Notes under the pieces: model-generated
Databases searched by the model: none
What the model was told of the DNA's origin: nothing
The model's input: the letters and a program-made list of their open reading frames with translations, nothing else
DNA from: Myxococcota bacterium
GTDB taxonomy: Bacteria; Myxococcota_A; UBA9160; UBA4427
Length of the DNA: 61,901 bases
NCBI GenBank assembly: GCA_036228265.1
Contig: JAZAOF010000085.1
Coordinates: forward strand, 1-61,901
Reading direction: 5' to 3'
Shown here: positions 58,374-61,901 of the stretch, piece by piece
Layout of the letters: the number at the start of each line of letters is the position of its first letter
Position numbering within the stretch: position 1 is the first letter of the stretch
Translations under genes and position numbers: made by a program

Positions 58374-59711
58374 TCAGGCGTTGTCGGGCGCCCAGTTTCC
58401 GTGAAACCCGAAGGGAACCCGGGTGGGGAGTTCGATCGTGGCCACGGGTTCGCCCAGGAAATCCTGGGAGTGCAGAATCACCACGTCGGCGGCGTCGCGG
58501 TCGTCGTCGTGGACGTAGGACAGAATCCACCCGTCATCTTCGTCGGCATCCTTGCTTCGCGGCACGAAGACCGGCTCCTGGAAGAATCGCCGGGACCCTT
58601 CGTCGCGGTACTGCGTGGTTCCCTGGTCGAGGTCGTGTTTCAACAGGCCCCCGAAGAGCCCGCCATCGACACTCGAGCCGCAGTAGCCATAGCGGTAGGG
58701 CTTTCCGACGAGCCGTTCGTCGTGGCGCGGGAATTCCTGGGGGCGGTCGTCGAGGCGAGATTCCTTGACCGGGCCTCCCTTGGGGTCGACAACCCAGCGA
58801 TCCAGGGTCAGGGTGGGCGCGTCGACTTCGAGTTGTTCGGAAGCGAAGAGTTTCGAGTGCCGTACGACATCCAGGACCACGTGTCCCGAAGGATCTTCGT
58901 AGGCGTTCATCGGGTGGAAGACGAAACAGGTATCGACCTCGTGCCAGGTGATGTCTGCAGCCCCGCCATCCCGGGGCAGCAAGCCGACTCGAGCGCCGTA
59001 ATCTTCGTGCCACTGGTAGGGAACGCCCGCGCCGCCTTCGATCATTTCCGGTGTGAACAGAACCGGCAGGTCGAACACGATGAAGAAGTTCTCGGTAATG
59101 GCGCAGTCGTGGATCATCGGTCGACCCGCTACGGGGATATCGACGGTCTTGCGGACCTGGCCGTCGCTGCCGACGACGATGTACTGAAGGAAGTCCCAGC
59201 CGAAGAAGTAGCCGGTTACGTGGAGTTCCCCGGTTTCGGGGTCGCGCTTGGGGTGGGCGCTGAAGGGGCCGGGCAGCGTGCCCTGGAAATCCGAGCGCGC
59301 AATGGTTTCGAGTTCGTAGGTGAGTTCGACGGGGTTGCCGCCGGCCTCGACGATGGCCAGGGTCTTTCCGCCGTGGGCGATGACGTTGGTATTGGCGACG
59401 CCTCGACTGATTTCGGAAAAGCGCGGCCCAGGAGTCGGGGGAAGTCCCTTGACTTCGCAGACTTCGTCGTCCTTCACGAGCCGGCTGCGGTACCACTCGG
59501 CTTTTCCGTCACGGAGTTTCACGCCGTGAACGAGTCCATTGCCCGAAAACCAGTGGTAGCGCTCTCCGGGAGGCACGACGGGGTTGGGTCCGATGCGCAG
59601 GAGGCGCCCTTCGAGTTCTACCGGGATCTGTCCCTTGACGGGGAGGTCATAGGCGGTGGTCTCGTCCTGTACGGGTCCGAAATTGCCTTTCAGGTAGGGG
59701 TTGCTCGTCAT
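58374..59711 (-). CDS. carotenoid oxygenase family (carotenoid/stilbene cleavage dioxygenase, RPE65 fold)
   Basis: ATG 59711. NPYLKGNFGPV N-terminus and four iron-ligand His contexts (FSAHPK, MIHDCA, VFHPMN, GFHGNW). Confidence 0.88.
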   Translation of the reverse strand: MTSNPYLKGNFGPVQDETTAYDLPVKGQIPVELEGRLLRIGPNPVVPPGERYHWFSGNGLVHGVKLRDGKAEWYRSRLVKDDEVCEVKGLPPTPGPRFSEISRGVANTNVIAHGGKTLAIVEAGGNPVELTYELETIARSDFQGTLPGPFSAHPKRDPETGELHVTGYFFGWDFLQYIVVGSDGQVRKTVDIPVAGRPMIHDCAITENFFIVFDLPVLFTPEMIEGGAGVPYQWHEDYGARVGLLPRDGGAADITWHEVDTCFVFHPMNAYEDPSGHVVLDVVRHSKLFASEQLEVDAPTLTLDRWVVDPKGGPVKESRLDDRPQEFPRHDERLVGKPYRYGYCGSSVDGGLFGGLLKHDLDQGTTQYRDEGSRRFFQEPVFVPRSKDADEDDGWILSYVHDDDRDAADVVILHSQDFLGEPVATIELPTRVPFGFHGNWAPDNA

Positions 59712-59811
59712 GAGGATCTCCAGTCGTTTTGGGGCGACGCGAGCATAGCGTTGGGTGCTGATTCCGCTGCCGACGAGGGTCGTGTTACCGTCGCGAACCG
59801 GGGAGGCGAAC

Positions 59812-60459
59812 ATGACTGAAGCGATCGACATCGAAACCATTGGCGAGGCGCTGCCGTTGCTCGAAGGCATGCGGACCGCCCGGGCGATTCGACGATTGCG
59901 ACCCGATCCCGTTCCGAGAGAGTTGGTTCGCAAGGTCTGCGAAGCGGGGACGTTTGCGCCGAGCGGTGGGAATCGCCAGCCGTGGGCGTTCATCGCCGTG
60001 ATGGAAGCCGACCGACGGGCCTGGGTGGCGGAACGCTATCGCAAGGCGTTTCACACGTACATCGCCCCCGCGCTGGAAGCTTCGAAGGCGTCGGATTTTC
60101 CCGATGCCACCCGGCGCAACATCCGCGCGGCTCTTTATCTCGCGGACCACCTGCACGAGGCCCCCGTTCACCTGTTCGTGGCCGGGTGGACCCGCCGGGG
60201 CGAGGAGCAGAGCCAGGCGCTCTATCCCGCGGTGCAGAACATTCTGCTCGCGTGTCGCGCCGTGGGCCTTGGCGCTTCGCTCACCACCGTCCATCGCGCC
60301 TTTGGCCGCGAGATCGACGAGTGGTTAGGGCTTTCCGAAAAACAACCGACGTGCGCCTTGATCCCGATCGGATGGCCAAGGGGAAAGTTCGGTCGTCCGC
60401 CTCGCCGTTCTGTCGACGAGTGCCTCCACTTTGAGCGCTTCGAGGGGCCGGGAGACTAG
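59812..60459 (+). CDS. nitroreductase family protein
   Basis: ATG 59812 is preceded by GGGGAGG. MRTARAIRRLRPDPVP...APSGGNRQPW motif. Confidence 0.85.
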   Translation: MTEAIDIETIGEALPLLEGMRTARAIRRLRPDPVPRELVRKVCEAGTFAPSGGNRQPWAFIAVMEADRRAWVAERYRKAFHTYIAPALEASKASDFPDATRRNIRAALYLADHLHEAPVHLFVAGWTRRGEEQSQALYPAVQNILLACRAVGLGASLTTVHRAFGREIDEWLGLSEKQPTCALIPIGWPRGKFGRPPRRSVDECLHFERFEGPGD

Positions 60460-60944
60460 GTGATCGCCAGGCTGGCGAGCGCGTCGGCGTACTCGTTCCA
60501 GCGGGAGCCGTCGTGGGCCTTGATCCAGGTCAGTTCGACCCCGGGGTGGCCCCCGGCCAGGGTGTAGAGTTCTTGAACGAGTTCGAGATTCTTGATCGGC
60601 CCCGATTTCCTCTTCCAGCCCCTCTTCTCCCAGCCTGCAGCCCATTCGTTGATGGTGTTCACGCAGAGCTGGCTGTCGGAGTAGATCGTGAGGCGCGCGT
60701 CTTCGGGAAGGGCCTGGTAGGCCTGGATCAGGGCCATCAGTTCCATGCGATTGTTGGTGGTGTCGGGGTCGGCGCCGTGGCCCTGCTCGCGAATATTTCC
60801 GTCTTCGACCCAGACGAAACCCCATCCTCCCCGACCGGGATTCGGGTCGCACGATCCGTCGGTGAATACCCCCGTCGCGGGTCCCTGGGTATAGCGCTCG
60901 AGGACCTCTTCCGGCGTGAGAATCGCCTCGCGGCGTCCAGGCAT
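60456..60944 (-). CDS. rnhA: ribonuclease HI
   Basis: ATG 60944. FTDGSC...GGWG, NNRMELMA, IYSDSQ and NEYADALA motifs (DEDD catalytic residues). Confidence 0.9.
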   Translation of the reverse strand: MPGRREAILTPEEVLERYTQGPATGVFTDGSCDPNPGRGGWGFVWVEDGNIREQGHGADPDTTNNRMELMALIQAYQALPEDARLTIYSDSQLCVNTINEWAAGWEKRGWKRKSGPIKNLELVQELYTLAGGHPGVELTWIKAHDGSRWNEYADALASLAIT

Positions 60945-60946
60945 CT

Positions 60947-61901
60947 TCAGACTCCTACTCGGAAGTGCACGACGTCCCCGTCCTGGACGGCGTATTCCTT
61001 GCCCTCGAGTCGCATCACCCCCTTCGCCTTGGCTCCCGATTCGCCGCCGGCCGCGATGTACTCGTCGTAGGCGATCACTTCGGCGCGGATGAAGTGGCTT
61101 TCGAAGTCGGAGTGGATCTCTCCCGCGGCTTTCGGCGCGAGTTCGCCTTCGCGAATGGTCCATGCCCGGACTTCGATTTCACCGGCGGTAAAAAACGTTT
61201 GCAACCCGAGAAGCGAATACGCGGCGCGGATCAACCGGTGAAGGCCGGGTTCCTCCACGCCCAGGTCCCGGAGAAAGTGGAGCTTGTCTTCGTCGTCGAG
61301 CTCAGAGAGTTCGGCTTCGGACTGGCCGCAGATCCTCACGACCCGGGATCCGCGTTCCGTCGCATACCGTTCGAGCGCTTCGCTGTAGTCGTTTCCGCTT
61401 TCGAGGGATGTCTCGTCGACGTTGGCCACGAAGAGAATGGGTTTGGCGGTCAGGAGGCAGCATTCCTTGAAGGCGGCTTGCAGGGAAGACGGCACCTCGA
61501 AGGTCCGTGCGGGTCGGTCGCTCGAGAGATGGTCGACGAGTGCCTGGAAAAATTCGACTTCGGCGCGTGCCGTCTTGTCTCCTGATTTCGCGGTTTTCGT
61601 GACCCGGTCGAGCCGTTTCTGAACGGTGTCGATGTCGGCCATCCCCAGCTCGAATTCGATGGTCTCGATATCCCGGAGGGGGTCGGGAGATCCGTCCACG
61701 TGCACGACGTTGTCGTCATCGAAGCACCGAACGACGTGGATCACCGCGTGGGTTTCGCGAATGTGGGAGAGAAACTTGTTGCCCAGGCCTTCGCCCGCGG
61801 CGGCGCCGCGTACCAATCCGGCGATGTCGACGAACTCCACGGTCGCGGGAACGATGCGCTTGCCGTGAACGATGTCATCGAGCGCTTTCAATCGCGCGTC
61901 C
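60947..61901 (-). CDS. ychF: redox-regulated ATPase YchF (C-terminal ~318 codons; the N-terminus lies beyond the window)
   Basis: VEFVDIAGLVRGA..GEGLGNKFLSHIRE and C-terminal GKEYAVQDGDVVHFRVGV. The ORF runs off the window edge. Confidence 0.93.
   Translation of the reverse strand, partial: DARLKALDDIVHGKRIVPATVEFVDIAGLVRGAAAGEGLGNKFLSHIRETHAVIHVVRCFDDDNVVHVDGSPDPLRDIETIEFELGMADIDTVQKRLDRVTKTAKSGDKTARAEVEFFQALVDHLSSDRPARTFEVPSSLQAAFKECCLLTAKPILFVANVDETSLESGNDYSEALERYATERGSRVVRICGQSEAELSELDDEDKLHFLRDLGVEEPGLHRLIRAAYSLLGLQTFFTAGEIEVRAWTIREGELAPKAAGEIHSDFESHFIRAEVIAYDEYIAAGGESGAKAKGVMRLEGKEYAVQDGDVVHFRVGV

Overview
GC-rich (about two-thirds G+C by eye) bacterial chromosomal segment, tightly packed with about 60 protein genes and one tRNA. 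I found no rRNA, CRISPR array, transposase, integrase or prophage genes. Almost everything is recognisable housekeeping.

Gene content, in order:
- Plus strand, 1-8288: GNAT, aminotransferase, M23 peptidase, then a hypothetical/yjjX/plant-type gshA operon followed by trxB, then a PAS-DHp-REC signalling protein.
- Minus strand, 9067-17824: an 11-gene, mostly stop/start-overlapping array rne-rplU-rpmA-obg-proB-proA-nadD-rsfS-gpmI, with comF downstream.
- Plus strand, 18339-32980: selA, an HNH endonuclease, a ParA/MinD-like ATPase coupled to a J-like/HTH protein, rluD-pgeF, rho, prfA-prmC, murA and hisD-B-H-A-F.
- rpsU-dnaG-rpoD, then a tRNA(CAT).
- Accessory-looking oxidoreductases, pcm, glcDEF, two unknown lipoprotein genes and cimA.
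- A last block: rluA-like, flavodoxin, TPR, NarL-type regulator, membrane SDR, MBL hydrolase, EVE protein, carotenoid oxygenase, nitroreductase, rnhA and ychF.

Most noteworthy observations:
1. hisA is complete except for one in-frame TAG.
2. A 581-bp strongly AT-rich, repeat- and hairpin-laden non-coding tract lies upstream of an orphan NarL-type regulator.
3. A ParA/MinD-like ATPase is translationally coupled to a protein with a degenerate J domain (HPD replaced by APG) and a RodZ-type HTH.
4. Two overlapping lipoprotein genes (320 and 788 aa) have no recognisable domains.
5. Pcm carries a lipoprotein signal peptide.
6. A PAS-DHp-receiver protein lacks an ATPase domain.
7. The rho leader is C-rich and G-poor, and Rho has an Arg/Gly-rich N-terminal extension.

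I cannot point to a clear-cut new defence or mobile system. The candidates above are what I can support from the sequence. All calls rest on motif recognition by eye; no searches were run.
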